This document shows positions 29,666 to 41,537 of a DNA stretch of 64,000 nt, piece after piece. The translations under genes were made by a program, and so were the position numbers. The stretch's first letter is position 1, and every line of letters starts with the position of its first letter. The notes under the pieces were generated by a model, which saw nothing but the letters and a program-made list of their open reading frames with translations, was not told where the DNA came from and searched no databases. Source of the stretch: Candidatus Poribacteria bacterium (GTDB lineage: Bacteria > Poribacteria > WGA-4E > WGA-3G); assembly GCA_965242965.1 (NCBI GenBank), contig OZ251518.1:5248001-5312000 (forward strand), written 5' to 3'.

Positions 29666-31381
29666 ATGGCTTACGATAGTTTAACGTTACGCCTTGTCAC
29701 AGAAGAGCTTCGCCAAACGCTTTTAGGTGGCACCATCAGGCATATTGAACAGGCAAACCCGACGACTTTTTCGTTCAAGATTGCGCGCGGGGTTGAGACG
29801 CGTTGGCTGACGCTCTCGGCGCATTCGGTTCATGCGCGCGCACATCTCATCCAGCGGCCGCCGCCGGGACAGAAGCAGTCCTACCTCGCCGATTTCCTCA
29901 CGACGCATCTGAGACGCGGGACTATCACCGAAATTGCGCAACTCGGCTGGGATCGGATTCTGAAAATCACTGTTCAACCCGTATCCGATGAACCGATTCA
30001 GCCGTCCCCGAAGGCAATCCTCGCGGAGTTTATGGGGAAACATAGTAACATTATCCTGATTGATGCGACAGACGACAGGATTTTGGAGAGTCTCAAGCAT
30101 ATTGACGAAACGCAAAGTCGGCACCGAGAGGTTTTGCCGGGCGAAACCTACTGTTTGCCGCCGCAACAGGAGAAGGCAGCCCCGTTGGAACTTGATGAGA
30201 CAGGTTTCGCTGCCATCGCTGAAAGTCTCCCACAAGTAACGTGGCGCGGGCTGTTCAATAACATCGATGGGCTCAGTCCGACGCTCGCGAAAGAAATCAT
30301 CGCGCGGGCAGAAGAGGTGCAGCTCTGGGCTGCTTATCAGCAGGTTATCGCCTATTTTGACGCGCGCCACATCTCCCCGCAGTTGCTCCTTGATGGAACA
30401 GAACCGATTGACACATCGCCGATGCCGCTGCATCAATTGCCGAATGCTACCTCCCAAACGTTTGACACGATGAGCGAGGCACTCTGTGCCTATTACGATG
30501 CGATGACGTTGAAAGAGGCGATGGCATCGGAACGGCGCGCGCTCACGCAGGCGTTGGATAAACAGCGCGCATTGCTCAAGCGGAAAGAGAAGGGGTTGAC
30601 GACAGATTTGGCACGTGCCGAAAAAGCCGCGGATTATCGCGTTCAAGGCGAACTTATCCTTGCGAATTTGCATCGCATTACCCGCGGGCAAACGGAGGTA
30701 GAACTGCAAAACTACTACAGTCCGAACTTGGAGACAATTTCGATCTCGCTGAATCCGGAACGGAGCCCTTCCGATAACGCGCAAGCATATTTCAAGAAAT
30801 ACACGAAAGCGAAACGGGGACATTCGCGCATCTTGCAACTCATTGCCGAGGTGGAAGCGGAGAAGAAGGTGCTGCAATTGGAAACCGCCAAACTTGAAGC
30901 GGCGAATTCATTGGACGCGCTCCAGCAGCTTCGCACGGAATTTGTCGCGAACGGGTATCTCAGGGCGCGGCAGCAGAACAGACAGAAGCAGCCGTTAAGC
31001 GAAGGACCCTTCCGAAAATACACCTCTGCGAACGGGTTTCAGATGTATGTCGGCAGGAACAGCCAGTCAAACGATTTGCTCTTGCGCCAGATTGCGAAGC
31101 CGCGCGATATGTGGTTGCATGCGAAGCAAATCCACGGATCACACGTCATCGTCCGGAACCCGGAAAACCGTCAGGATATTCCAATGCCGACGTTGTTGCA
31201 AGCGGCGCAGCTCGCCGCCTATTACAGCAAAGCGCACCATGCAAGTCATGTCCCCGTAGACTACACGTGGGCGCGTTACGTAGTGAAGCGGAAGGGCAAC
31301 GTTGCGGGGTATGTGCATTACACGCATGAAAAGACGTTATATGTGGAGCCTGCGCTTCCCTCGTCAAAAGCGGAGTCATAG
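29666..31381 (+). CDS. rqcH: NFACT family protein RqcH (FbpA)
   Basis: DRIL, EFMGKHSNIIL, NAQAYFKKYTKAK and VGRN...W.H...GSHV...VPVDYT motifs. Confidence 0.92.
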   Translation: MAYDSLTLRLVTEELRQTLLGGTIRHIEQANPTTFSFKIARGVETRWLTLSAHSVHARAHLIQRPPPGQKQSYLADFLTTHLRRGTITEIAQLGWDRILKITVQPVSDEPIQPSPKAILAEFMGKHSNIILIDATDDRILESLKHIDETQSRHREVLPGETYCLPPQQEKAAPLELDETGFAAIAESLPQVTWRGLFNNIDGLSPTLAKEIIARAEEVQLWAAYQQVIAYFDARHISPQLLLDGTEPIDTSPMPLHQLPNATSQTFDTMSEALCAYYDAMTLKEAMASERRALTQALDKQRALLKRKEKGLTTDLARAEKAADYRVQGELILANLHRITRGQTEVELQNYYSPNLETISISLNPERSPSDNAQAYFKKYTKAKRGHSRILQLIAEVEAEKKVLQLETAKLEAANSLDALQQLRTEFVANGYLRARQQNRQKQPLSEGPFRKYTSANGFQMYVGRNSQSNDLLLRQIAKPRDMWLHAKQIHGSHVIVRNPENRQDIPMPTLLQAAQLAAYYSKAHHASHVPVDYTWARYVVKRKGNVAGYVHYTHEKTLYVEPALPSSKAES

Positions 31382-31467
31382 GGTCTGGTAAGCGCGGTTT
31401 CAAACTGCGCTAAAGTTTTTTTGTTGACATCATTTGTGATTGTGTTATATTATTCTCCAATTAACAT

Positions 31468-32095
31468 GAGGGTGTTTCATATTTCGATGCGTTCGGTAGG
31501 AGAGACCTCCCGGTCTCGATTTCTTCCCGTAGCGCGGGGGCCTGTCCCCCGCGATCGTTGGATTGCGCGAGCGATGGCGAGGGACAGGCCCTCGCCCTAC
31601 GGTGAAGGCGTGGCGTTTTTTACCGTAGCGCGGGGGCCTGTCCCCCGCGATCTCCATCATTACGAGGTGCGTCTAGGTCCTTTAGGACCTACATGTCTAT
31701 AGAAAAACGTGCCAGTCCCTTTTTCAAGGTCCTTTAGGTCCTTAATCATGAAAACACGCCGCACCGCAAAATCTATTAAGGACCTAAAGGACCTTAGTGT
31801 TCTTCGCGGGCGCGCGTGCTATAGACATGCAGGACCTAAAGGACCTGAAGAGAAAGGATAGACGTTTTTCCCTAGCCCGAAGCATGGCGAGGGACAGGCC
31901 CTCGCCCTACGGTGCAGTGCCGTTTTTTTCCCGTAGCGCGGGGGCCTGTCCCCCGCGATCGTTGGATTGCGCGAGGCATGGCGAGGGAAACCCTCTCGGA
32001 TGCGCGTGTGGCATCCGAGGGCCCTCGCCCTACGGTGAAGGGGGCGTTTTTTATCCTAGCGCGGTTTGCTACGTTTCACCGTAGCGCGGGGGATA
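31468..32095. repeat. REP mosaic with left-hand TIR
   Basis: GAGGGTGTTTCAT at 31468, followed by REP and AGGTCC modules. Confidence 0.85.
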
Positions 32096-32291
32096 GATTC
32101 TGATGCACCAACACCCCGTGGCCTGCCACAACCGCGCAGGCGCACCAGAACCCTAATCCTGTGAAATCCTGCGAAATCTTGAAAATCTTGCTCAATCTTG
32201 TAAATCCTGCTAAAAAATGAAAATTTATTTGCAATTGTCCGATTTTTGTGTTAAAATTCTTTTTTTACGAATGCACACACGGGGAATTTAA

Positions 32292-33563
32292 ATGAATAAA
32301 TTGTTATCCGAAGTCGACCCACATATTGTTAAGATTACCGAGAGGGAGCTCGCACGCCAACAAAACGCGCTCATGCTCATCCCTTCGGAAAATTATGCGA
32401 GTCGCGCCGTAATGGAAATACAGGGTAGCATCCTCGCAAACAAATACGCCGAAGGCTACCCCGGCGAACGCTACTATAACGGCTGCGAATTCATGGACGA
32501 AGCTGAATCCCTCGCCATTGAACGCGCGAAGGCACTTTTTGACGTTGAACATGTAAACGTTCAGCCGCACGCCGGCACACAGGCGAACATGGCGGTTTAT
32601 TACGCCTTGCTGGAACCCGGTGACACGATTTTGTCGATGTCGCTCAGTCACGGTGGACACCTGAGTCACGGCGACGCGGTTAATTTTTCTGGACGTTACT
32701 ACAACGTTGTAACCTACGGCGTGAATGCCGAAACAGAACAGATTGACATGGACGAGGTATCACGCCTCGCACAGGAACATCAGCCGAAACTGATTGTCGT
32801 CGGTGCGACAGCGTATCCTCGCCAATTTGATTTCGCCGAGTGGCGGGAAGTTGCGGATTCAGTCGGTGCCTATCTGCTTGCGGACATCGCGCATATCGCC
32901 GGGCTTATCGCCGGTGGCGTGCATCCGAGTCCTGTGCCTTACAGCGATGTTGTCACGACGACAACGCATAAGACGCTGCGCGGCCCGCGGGGTGCCATCG
33001 TGATGTGCAAGGGAGAGCATGCCGCAAAAATCGACCGGGCGGTGTTCCCCGGTTTGCAAGGCGGGCCCTTTCTGCACACCATCGCCGCGAAGGCGGTAGC
33101 GTTCAAGGAAGCGAGTGAACCGGCGTTCAAAGCGTATCAGGCGCAGATTGTCAAAAACGCGAAGGCACTCGCCGCGCGGTTGATACAAAACGGGTTTCGA
33201 CTCGTGAGCGGCGGGACGGAAAACCACCTCATGCTTGTCGATCTGACTTCCAAATACGAAAAATTAAGCGGGCGACAAGCCGCCGATCATCTCGAAGATG
33301 CCGGGATTATCGTGAATAAAAACAGCATTCCTTTCGACAAAAGGAAACCCCGGACGACGAGCGGTATCCGTCTCGGCACACCGATGGTGACGACGCGCGG
33401 GATGGAAGAGGCGCAGATGCACCAGATCGCCGATTTCATCGCCGAAACGCTGGAAAACCGGCAGAAAGCCGCCATCAAACGGCGCATCCGCGAGAAAGTA
33501 GCGGAATTGTGCGCGCAGTTCCCGATATATGCCTACATGTCGGCACCAAGATTGTCAGAATAG
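32292..33563 (+). CDS. glyA: Serine hydroxymethyltransferase
   Basis: [19 protein letters not shown] and [13 protein letters not shown] motifs. Confidence 0.97.
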   Translation: MNKLLSEVDPHIVKITERELARQQNALMLIPSENYASRAVMEIQGSILANKYAEGYPGERYYNGCEFMDEAESLAIERAKALFDVEHVNVQPHAGTQANMAVYYALLEPGDTILSMSLSHGGHLSHGDAVNFSGRYYNVVTYGVNAETEQIDMDEVSRLAQEHQPKLIVVGATAYPRQFDFAEWREVADSVGAYLLADIAHIAGLIAGGVHPSPVPYSDVVTTTTHKTLRGPRGAIVMCKGEHAAKIDRAVFPGLQGGPFLHTIAAKAVAFKEASEPAFKAYQAQIVKNAKALAARLIQNGFRLVSGGTENHLMLVDLTSKYEKLSGRQAADHLEDAGIIVNKNSIPFDKRKPRTTSGIRLGTPMVTTRGMEEAQMHQIADFIAETLENRQKAAIKRRIREKVAELCAQFPIYAYMSAPRLSE

Positions 33564-34885
33564 TGGATTACAACGCAGCTATCGCCTACATCACCGAATT
33601 TATTGACTACGAACGAAGTCCTGACTTTTCTCGGCAGGCGCGGTCTTACAATCTCAACCGTATCTCGCGTCTATTGGCACTGCTAGGAAATCCGCAGGAA
33701 CGGCTGCGCGTTGTCCATGTCGCGGGAAGCAAGGGCAAGGGCTCAACGGCGGCACTTATCTCGTCGATTCTCAGCCACGCAGGCTATAAGACTGGGTTAT
33801 TTACCTCGCCGCATCTGATAACGCCGCGGGAACGGTGCCGCATCGACGGTGAGCTCATTTCAGAAGCAGACGTTGCACTGTGCATCGAGAAAATGAGAAC
33901 GGCGATTGACGAGGTGTCGCGTCTGGAATTCGGGCGCGTCTCCTTCTTTGAAATCTACACCGCGCTCGCTTTTTGCTACTTTGCCGATAAAGCGACGGAC
34001 TTCGCTGTCGTTGAGGTAGGATTAGGCGGACGGCTCGATGCAACGAACGTGGTGAATCCTGTCGCAACCGTCATCACGCCAATTGGTTTAGAGCACACGG
34101 CCATCCTCGGTGAAACGCACGCCGCCATCGCCGCGGAGAAGGCGGAGATTATTAAGCCCGGGTGTCCCCTCGCTTTGGCACCGCAGGTGCCGGAGGCACA
34201 GGCAGTTTTCGAGAGGGTTGCGGCGGAACGGAACGCGCCAATTGTTGCCGCGAAAGTAAGCAACGAGATGTGTCGCGCGCGCGGACAAAGCGCGCCTACT
34301 GAACCGCTGGGACAACACTTTGACGTGGAGGACTACCCGGGGCTTTTTATGCCGCTTCTGGGGGAACATCAGCGCGTTAACGCCGCAACTGCCATCGCGG
34401 GGATTGAGTGCCTCACTCAGCGCGGGTATGCTATTCCATGTGAAAGCGTCTATCAAGGCATCGCGCAGGTGGAGTGGCCCGGACGGATGCAGGTGATTCA
34501 GGGTGCGCCGATTGTGCTACTTGATGGCGCGCATTCGCCGGAAGCGATGCAGCTTTTGTGCCGAGAGATACGCCGAAACTTCCGTTACAACCGACTGGTT
34601 TTCGTTGTCAGTCTCATGCGGGACAAGGCAGTGAAGGCGGTTGGCGAGATAGTCTGTCAAGAGGCGGATGCTGTGATTGTCACGGAGGTATCCGATAACC
34701 CGCGGGTGATGCCCGCGCACGACATCCAACGTGCATGGCAAGCAATGTGTCAAGAGGTTACTGTCTCTCCAACGCCGAAGGAGGCACTGAAAACGGCATT
34801 GGCCTTGGCATCGTCAGAAGACCTGGTTTGCGTTACCGGTTCGCTCTATCTCGTCGGCGAGGTTTTGCATGTTACACGCAATTAA
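33563..34885 (+). CDS. folC: Folylpolyglutamate/dihydrofolate synthase
   Basis: HVAGSKGKGS, FTSPHL, EVGLGGRLDATN, DGAH and GSLYLVGE motifs; GTG start overlaps the glyA stop. Confidence 0.95.
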   Translation: MDYNAAIAYITEFIDYERSPDFSRQARSYNLNRISRLLALLGNPQERLRVVHVAGSKGKGSTAALISSILSHAGYKTGLFTSPHLITPRERCRIDGELISEADVALCIEKMRTAIDEVSRLEFGRVSFFEIYTALAFCYFADKATDFAVVEVGLGGRLDATNVVNPVATVITPIGLEHTAILGETHAAIAAEKAEIIKPGCPLALAPQVPEAQAVFERVAAERNAPIVAAKVSNEMCRARGQSAPTEPLGQHFDVEDYPGLFMPLLGEHQRVNAATAIAGIECLTQRGYAIPCESVYQGIAQVEWPGRMQVIQGAPIVLLDGAHSPEAMQLLCREIRRNFRYNRLVFVVSLMRDKAVKAVGEIVCQEADAVIVTEVSDNPRVMPAHDIQRAWQAMCQEVTVSPTPKEALKTALALASSEDLVCVTGSLYLVGEVLHVTRN

Positions 34886-34958
34886 TCGTAAAAATCCATA
34901 GGAGCATCTCCTAGCACCTTGAAAATGTGAAGGTTTCCAAAGAAAAGCGTCCTTTTCC

Positions 34959-34987
34959 TTGACAAAGCGAACAGTTTGTGGTAGACT
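34959..34987 (+). promoter_or_regulatory. Sigma70-type promoter of tnpB
   Basis: TTGACA-17-TAGACT with extended TG. Confidence 0.55.
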
Positions 34988-35078
34988 AGGTGTTACCGTG
35001 TGGCAGGCTGTGTTCAACACTGACATCCTGTCAGCGTCAGCCTCCGCCTTTTGAACGAGGTAGACACGGAAACATACG

Positions 35079-36191
35079 GTGAACACGATGACACACAAAA
35101 CACATAACATTGCACTGCGCCCGAACGCGGAGCAAGAACAAGCCTTCCGCCAGCACGCAGGGTATCGCCGCTTCGTCTATAACTATGCGCTATCTGCTTT
35201 CAAAGCAGGTCTGGCCGCCGGCGAATGGCGAAGTGGCCGTGCGATTCGCACGGGATTCAATGCCAGAAAAGACACCGAGTTTGAATGGCAGCAGCCGTTA
35301 ATCGCCCGCGTGGCATCGCATGCGTTTGACGATTTTAATACGGCGTGCCAGCGGTGGAAACACAACCTTGCAAAGTTCCCGCGCTACAAACGACGGAACG
35401 GGAAACAGTCGTTTCGCATTGATAACGCCCGGGATTCGGTGAAGTTCAAGGGTAAACGGATTAAACTTCCGAAGATTGGCTGGGTGCGAACGTTTGAGAC
35501 GTTAAGGTTCAAAGGCGACATCATGCGAGTCGTCATCAAAAAGCGAGGCCACCGTTGGTTTGCATCACTACTTATCGACACCGAAACACCTGTCAGGTTT
35601 CCGGATACCTGCGGAAACCTGCCTACCGTAGGTATTGATGTAGGTATCAACAGTCTCGCCACGTTGAGTGATGGCCGCGTCTTTGAAAATCCCCGTGCGT
35701 TCCGGCGGTATGAACGCAAGCTTGCGCGCCTGCAACGGAGTCTGTCCCGTTCGGTTTACCTGAGCAATAACTGGTATCGGAAGAAGGCGAAGGTGACTCG
35801 GTTGCATTATCGTATCTCATGTCTTCGTGAAGATGCACATCACAAAGCAACGTCAGCCATCGTGCAGGGCGTTTCTGCGATAGGCATTGAGACACTGCAG
35901 GTGACGCACCTATTGAAAAATCGGCGCATTGCAAAGGCATTGCAAGATGCTGCACTGGGTGGATTTCTATACAAGTTGGTATCCAAAGCGACTGCACTCG
36001 GTATTGACGTAGTGAAGGCAGATAGATTCTTCGCCTCCTCAAAAACCTGCAGTGCTTGTGGAAACGTGAAGGAAGACTTAACCCTCGCAGATAGGAGTTA
36101 CCACTGCGAAACTTGCGGCGTGACTGTGGATAGAGACGTGAACGCCGCAATGAACTTAAAGCCTGTCGCCGCTGGTTTGACGGAGACGTAA
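35079..36191 (+). CDS. tnpB: RNA-guided endonuclease TnpB (IS200/IS605 or IS607 family), no tnpA nearby
   Basis: RuvC motifs GIDVG, IGIETL and DRDVNAAMNL; zinc finger CSAC/CETC; N-terminal HTH. Confidence 0.93.
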   Translation: MNTMTHKTHNIALRPNAEQEQAFRQHAGYRRFVYNYALSAFKAGLAAGEWRSGRAIRTGFNARKDTEFEWQQPLIARVASHAFDDFNTACQRWKHNLAKFPRYKRRNGKQSFRIDNARDSVKFKGKRIKLPKIGWVRTFETLRFKGDIMRVVIKKRGHRWFASLLIDTETPVRFPDTCGNLPTVGIDVGINSLATLSDGRVFENPRAFRRYERKLARLQRSLSRSVYLSNNWYRKKAKVTRLHYRISCLREDAHHKATSAIVQGVSAIGIETLQVTHLLKNRRIAKALQDAALGGFLYKLVSKATALGIDVVKADRFFASSKTCSACGNVKEDLTLADRSYHCETCGVTVDRDVNAAMNLKPVAAGLTET

Positions 36192-36290
36192 AACGCCTGT
36201 GGACACCGTGTCAGACTCGGGTTGCCGAGCAATGGTGGGTGAAGCAGGAATTGAGTAACCTGCGGGAATCTTCGGAAACCTGCGGAGAAA
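36130..36290 (+). ncRNA. Putative omega RNA/right end of the tnpB element (boundaries approximate)
   Basis: AAACGCCTGTGGA...GTCAGAC-CTCGG hairpin...GAAGCAGGAA, a pattern typical of tnpB 3' ends. Confidence 0.55.
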
Positions 36291-36305
36291 AAGGAACAGA
36301 AAATA

Positions 36306-38662
36306 ATGCTTGAAATCAACGCTAAAAGTGCAAAGCGTGGGAGTCGGCTTCTGTGCACGCTGATAGTTCCGTTTCTTGGGCTCAGCGCGGTTGAGTCGGC
36401 TTTTGCCCAGACAACCGTGCTGCCCACCGTGCCGGCGGCATGGTGGATCGCGCCTGTCGGCTCCCTGATCGCTTTAGGGTTCGCACTCTATTTTTACCGT
36501 GCTGTCATGAAACAAGATGAAGGCAACTCTACCATGCGTGCCATCGCGCAATCTGTCCGCGAGGGTGCGATGGCATACCTCAGACAACAGTATAAAGTCG
36601 TCGGCATCGTCTTCGTTGTGCTATGCGTCATTTTTCTGTTTATGGCGTTTGTCTTGAAGGCACAAAACCAGGTTATCCCCTTTGCCTTCCTCACCGGTGG
36701 GTTCTTCTCTGGGCTCTGCGGTTTTCTCGGCATGAAGACAGCGACGAACGCCTCCGCACGCACGACAAGCGCGGCGATGCAAGGACTCAACGCCGGCCTG
36801 AAGGTATCCTTCCGGGCAGGCGCGGTGATGGGACTCGTCGTCGTCGGCTTCGCACTGCTTGACATCACTGGATGGTTTCTCATCCTCTATTACGTGTTTC
36901 CGAAGGTATTCCCCGGATTTCTGGCGGAGAACCCGCTGCCGGAGATAACGGTGATAATGTTGAGTTTCGGGATGGGCGCATCAACGCAAGCACTCTTCGC
37001 ACGCGTTGGCGGCGGCATTTATACAAAAGCGGCGGATGTCGGCGCAGACTTAGTTGGAAAAGTCGAGGCTGGTATTCCAGAAGATGACCCGAGGAACCCT
37101 GCCGTTATCGCCGATAACGTCGGTGATAACGTCGGCGATGTCGCGGGATGGGGGCAGACCTTTATGAATCTTACGCCGGCTCCATTCTCGCGACAGCCGC
37201 CCTCGGTGTCGCTGCCGTCGCGGCGAAGGAACACGATAACCTCGCGCTCCAACTCAAATACCTCTCTGCACCGATGATGATCGCCGGCGTTGGTGTGCTC
37301 CTCTCAATCCTCGGCATCTACATGGTGCGCACAAAAGAGGGGGCATCAATGAAGGATTTGATGGGCTCGCTCAACTTCGGGATTAACGGGAGTGCAATCG
37401 GCATCGCGCTTTTGTCCATTCCGGTGGTGCTTTACTTGGATTTGCCCAACAAGTGGCAGATCTGGGGGGCGATTGTCACCGGCCTTGTAGCGGGACTCAT
37501 CATCGGAAAGGTCACGGAAGTCTTCACCTCACACGATTATTCGCCGACGCGCGCCATCGCGAAACAAGCGGAAACCGGACCCGCCACGGTGATTATTGAG
37601 GGAATTGCGGTAGGCATGGAATCCACTGCTATTCCTGTCTTGACGATTATCGGCGCGGTGGCGGTGAGTTACTATCTCCCCGGCGGTGCAAGCGAGCCGC
37701 TGATGGGACTTTACGGTGTTGGTATCGCCGCCGTTGGAATGCTGGCGACGTTGGGCATCACTCTCGCAACGGATGCCTACGGCCCCATCGCGGACAACGC
37801 CGGTGGCAACGCCGAAATGTCGGAATTAGAAGAGAGCGTCCGGCAGCGCACAGATCAGCTCGATGCACTCGGCAACACAACTGCCGCGACAGGCAAGGGA
37901 TTTGCCATCGGTTCGGCGGCACTCACCGCGCTCGCGCTCTTGGCTGCTTATCTGGAGGAGGTGCGATACGGCTTGAAACACCTCGCCGGCATGGAGACGT
38001 TGGTCATCCCCGGCGAAGGAAGCATTGATACCTTGAAGGTGACGATTAGCCAGTTTATGGCATACTACAACGTCACGCTGATGAATCCGCAAGTGCTCAT
38101 CGGGCTGTTTATCGGCGCGGTGATGGCGTTTTATTTCTGTGCGCTTACCATGAAGGCTGTCGGACGCGCGGCAGGTTCGATGGTAGAAGAGGTGCGCCGT
38201 CAATTTCGCGAGAATCCCGGTATCATGAAGCGCGAACAGCAGCCGGATTACGCGCGATGCGTTGAGATTTCGACTGTCGGGGCGCAACGGGAGATGATTT
38301 TTCCTTCCCTCATCGCCATTATTGTCCCTGTCGCTGTCGGCTTAATTTTCAACGTCGCCGGTGTGTTGGGGCTCCTCGCCGGCGGGTTGGCAAGCGGTTT
38401 TGTGCTGGCAATCATGATGGCGAACGCGGGCGGTGCGTGGGATAACGCCAAAAAGTTCATTGAGCAAGGCGCGCACGGCGGCAAAAACTCCGAGGAACAC
38501 AAAGCCACCGTCGTCGGTGATACCGTCGGAGACCCGTTCAAAGACACCTCCGGTCCCTCGCTGAATATCTTGATTAAACTGATGTCGATGGTTTCCGTAG
38601 TGTTTGCCGGCCTCATCGCCAAATATGGTGGTGTGTTTAGTACGTGGTTGGGCATCCAATAA
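36306..38662 (+). CDS. hppA: Membrane-integral pyrophosphatase split by a 1-nt frameshift near 37147 (pseudogene or sequence error)
   Basis: [20 protein letters not shown] and [12 protein letters not shown] in frame 1; [15 protein letters not shown] and [14 protein letters not shown] in frame 2. Confidence 0.92.
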
Positions 38663-39193
38663 ATGGAAGGATTGCACGTGAGATTTACACACTTCATCGC
38701 AGGAATCTTGAGTCTGATACTCTGCTGCCTCCTCGGATGCGAGCGTGATGGTGGAAAACTCGTTTCCATTTCTTCTGATGCTGCACCGGTTGCAGTTGAA
38801 AATTGGGGCACCGTCGTCATCGCCGATAAAGCCGATAACTGGGGCACCGATGATTATGTCCTGAACGCCGCCACGATAGTCGGCGATACGCTGACGCTCA
38901 ACGTATCTTACAGCGGCGGGTGTAAACGCCACGACTTTACACTCGTCGCCGCGCAGGAGTTCATGGAATCAGACCCGGTGCAACTTCGCGTCACTCTCGC
39001 GCACGACGCGAACAACGATGCGTGCGAAGCGTATCCGACCGAGGATTATCACTTTGATCTGGGGGAAATTAAGACGCTCTATCAAGAGGCTTACCGGCAG
39101 AAGGCAGGCACCATTGTCTTACGACTTGCGGGCGCGCCGGATGGCAAATTGTCTATGAATGGACGATGTGAATTGTCATTCTTCCCTTCGTAG
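38663..39193 (+). CDS. Hypothetical lipoprotein
   Basis: Lipobox LLGC; YSGGC..HDF...ESDPVQ...HDAN.D.CEA. Confidence 0.7.
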   Translation: MEGLHVRFTHFIAGILSLILCCLLGCERDGGKLVSISSDAAPVAVENWGTVVIADKADNWGTDDYVLNAATIVGDTLTLNVSYSGGCKRHDFTLVAAQEFMESDPVQLRVTLAHDANNDACEAYPTEDYHFDLGEIKTLYQEAYRQKAGTIVLRLAGAPDGKLSMNGRCELSFFPS

Positions 39194-39258
39194 GTGCGGG
39201 TTGAAACCGCGCCTACTGGGCATGCCATATCTTTCTGAGGAATTCGTAGGAGAACAAA

Positions 39259-40938
39259 ATGTCAAATCAACTCAAACCCCGAAGTTATGCGATTACCGAT
39301 GGCCCAGACCGCGCCGCCGCCCGAACCATGCTGATGTTCGGGGACGGCGGCTTGTCTCCCGAAGACCTGGATAAACCCATCATCGGGGTTGCGAACACGT
39401 GGATCGAAATCGGTCCGTGCAATTTTCATCTTCGGAGGCTCGCGGCGAAAGTCAAAGAAGGCATTCGCGCCGCAGGCGGCACCCCGCTTGAATTCAACAC
39501 TGTCAGCATCTCCGATGGAATTACGATGGGGACAGAGGGGATGAAAACCTCGCTTATTAGCCGCGAAGTCGTCGCCGATTCCATTGAACTCGTTTCGCTT
39601 GGGAACATGTTTGATGCCGTTGTCGCGCTTTGTGGTTGCGATAAGACAGTGCCGGGCACCGTCATGGCACTCGCGCGGTTGGATATCCCATCGCTCACCC
39701 TTTACGGTGGCTCCATCATGCCCGGCCATTTTCAAGGACGCGATGTCACTATCCAAGACGTATTTGAGGCAGTCGGCCAACACGCCGAAGGCACGATAAC
39801 GGTTGAAGAACTCGATGATCTGATTAGCAAAGGGTGCCCGGGTCCCGGTGCCTGTGGGGGACAATTCACCGCCAATACGATGGCGACAGCCGTTGAAATA
39901 CTCGGCATCGCACCGATGGGGAGCGGCAGCGTGCCAGCTGCTGTCAATGAGAAGGACCAGGTTGCATACGAGGCGGGACAATTAGTCATGGATATGTTAG
40001 CCGCCGATCGCCGGCCGAGCCAGATTATCACCCGTAAATCGCTGGAAAATGCGATTACCTCTGTCGCCGCGACAGGCGGTTCTACCAACGGCATTTTGCA
40101 TCTCCTTGCTATTGCGCACGAAGCACAGATTCCACTAACGCTTGAGGATTTTCACGCCATCAGCCAAAGAACACCTGTGCTGGCAGATCTGAAACCGGGT
40201 GGGCAATTTGTCGCCACGGATCTCTATCGCGCCGGCGGCATTCCGTTGCTTGCGAAACGTCTAGCCGAAGCCGGGTTGCTCCACACCGATGAACTCACCG
40301 TCACTGGCAAGACTGTCGGCGATGAAGCGAGTCAGGCTATTGAAACTGAAAACCAGAAAGTGGTGCTGCCGGTAGACAAACCGCTCAAACCGACTGGGGG
40401 ATTTGCCATCCTCAGGGGGAATCTCGCGCCGGATGGCTGTGTGATCAAATTGGCGGGACAAGACAAGACGTTGCACCGCGGTCCCGTGCGTATCTTTGAA
40501 CGCGAAGAGGACACTTTCGCGGCGATTAAAGGCGGGAGAATTAAGCCTGGTGATGTGGTGGCTATCCGTTATGAAGGACCCACCGGCGGACCTGGGATGC
40601 GTGAGATGTTGGGTGTAACGGCGGCAATCGTCGGCGCGGGGCTAAGCGAAGATGTCGCGCTATTGACTGATGGCAGATTCTCTGGTGCAACGCACGGGTT
40701 CATGATCTGCCACGTTGCACCAGAGGCCGCGAAAGGCGGTCCCGTCGCTATCCTTGAAGAGGGAGATACCGTTGTGATTGATGCGGTGAATCGTCGGTTG
40801 GACGTTGAACTTTCCGATGCCGAAATTCAGGCGCGTCTGGAGAAGTGGAATCCGCCGCAACCGCGTTATACCCGCGGTGTCATGGCAAAATACGCGAATG
40901 CTGTCTCTTCTGCTTCAGAGGGCGCGGTGACAGGGTAG
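39259..40938 (+). CDS. ilvD: Dihydroxy-acid dehydratase
   Basis: [35 protein letters not shown] and TDGRFSG motifs. Confidence 0.97.
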   Translation: MSNQLKPRSYAITDGPDRAAARTMLMFGDGGLSPEDLDKPIIGVANTWIEIGPCNFHLRRLAAKVKEGIRAAGGTPLEFNTVSISDGITMGTEGMKTSLISREVVADSIELVSLGNMFDAVVALCGCDKTVPGTVMALARLDIPSLTLYGGSIMPGHFQGRDVTIQDVFEAVGQHAEGTITVEELDDLISKGCPGPGACGGQFTANTMATAVEILGIAPMGSGSVPAAVNEKDQVAYEAGQLVMDMLAADRRPSQIITRKSLENAITSVAATGGSTNGILHLLAIAHEAQIPLTLEDFHAISQRTPVLADLKPGGQFVATDLYRAGGIPLLAKRLAEAGLLHTDELTVTGKTVGDEASQAIETENQKVVLPVDKPLKPTGGFAILRGNLAPDGCVIKLAGQDKTLHRGPVRIFEREEDTFAAIKGGRIKPGDVVAIRYEGPTGGPGMREMLGVTAAIVGAGLSEDVALLTDGRFSGATHGFMICHVAPEAAKGGPVAILEEGDTVVIDAVNRRLDVELSDAEIQARLEKWNPPQPRYTRGVMAKYANAVSSASEGAVTG

Positions 40939-41009
40939 GTGAGCGGCACCATGAAAGTCGGGGAAAGTCGGGGAAATTCAAGTTTTTTACGACACCTGCA
41001 CCGCACTAA

Positions 41010-41515
41010 TCGTAGCGCGGGGGCCCTCGGATGCCATACGCGCATCCGAGCGGGTTTCCCCCGCGATCGTCAAATTGCGCGGACGATTCGCCCCCATCTG
41101 TAGTTCGGGAGCACCCGCTCCCGAAAGGGTCAGGATCAGGCGATCTTGACCTACAGAAGGAGAGAAGAGAGGATCTGGTGCATGAACGATGGCGAGGGCC
41201 TGTCCCTCGCCCTACGGTGAAGGGGAGGCGGCCTTGGCAACCGTAGCGCGAGGGCCTGTCCCTCGCGATCGTCATTGTTACGATGCGTCTCTAGGTCCTT
41301 TAGGACCTAAATGTCTATAGAAAAACGTATCGGCCTGTTTTCAAGGTCCGTAGGACCTTAATAAAAAACCACGCGCCGCAATCAAAACACATTAAGGACC
41401 TAAAGGACCTTAGATCTCTTCGCGTATCGGGCTGCTATAGACATTAAGGACCTAAAGGACCTTAAAGACGTTTTTTCCTAGCACGAGCATTGGCGAGGGA
41501 CAGGCCCTCGCCCTT
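41010..41515. repeat. REP mosaic
   Basis: GTAG-REP and AGGTCC modules. Confidence 0.85.
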
Positions 41516-41537
41516 CAGGTAAATGACGAGTTGAAAA

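Noticed and set aside
32100-32290. Riboswitch upstream of glyA
   Set aside because: The structured segment recurs at about 46555-46605 as a dispersed repeat, and I recognised no ZTP, THF or glycine aptamer consensus.
35079-36191. Cas12f/type V CRISPR effector
   Set aside because: No adjacent array or cas1/cas2; the 3' end looks like a tnpB element.
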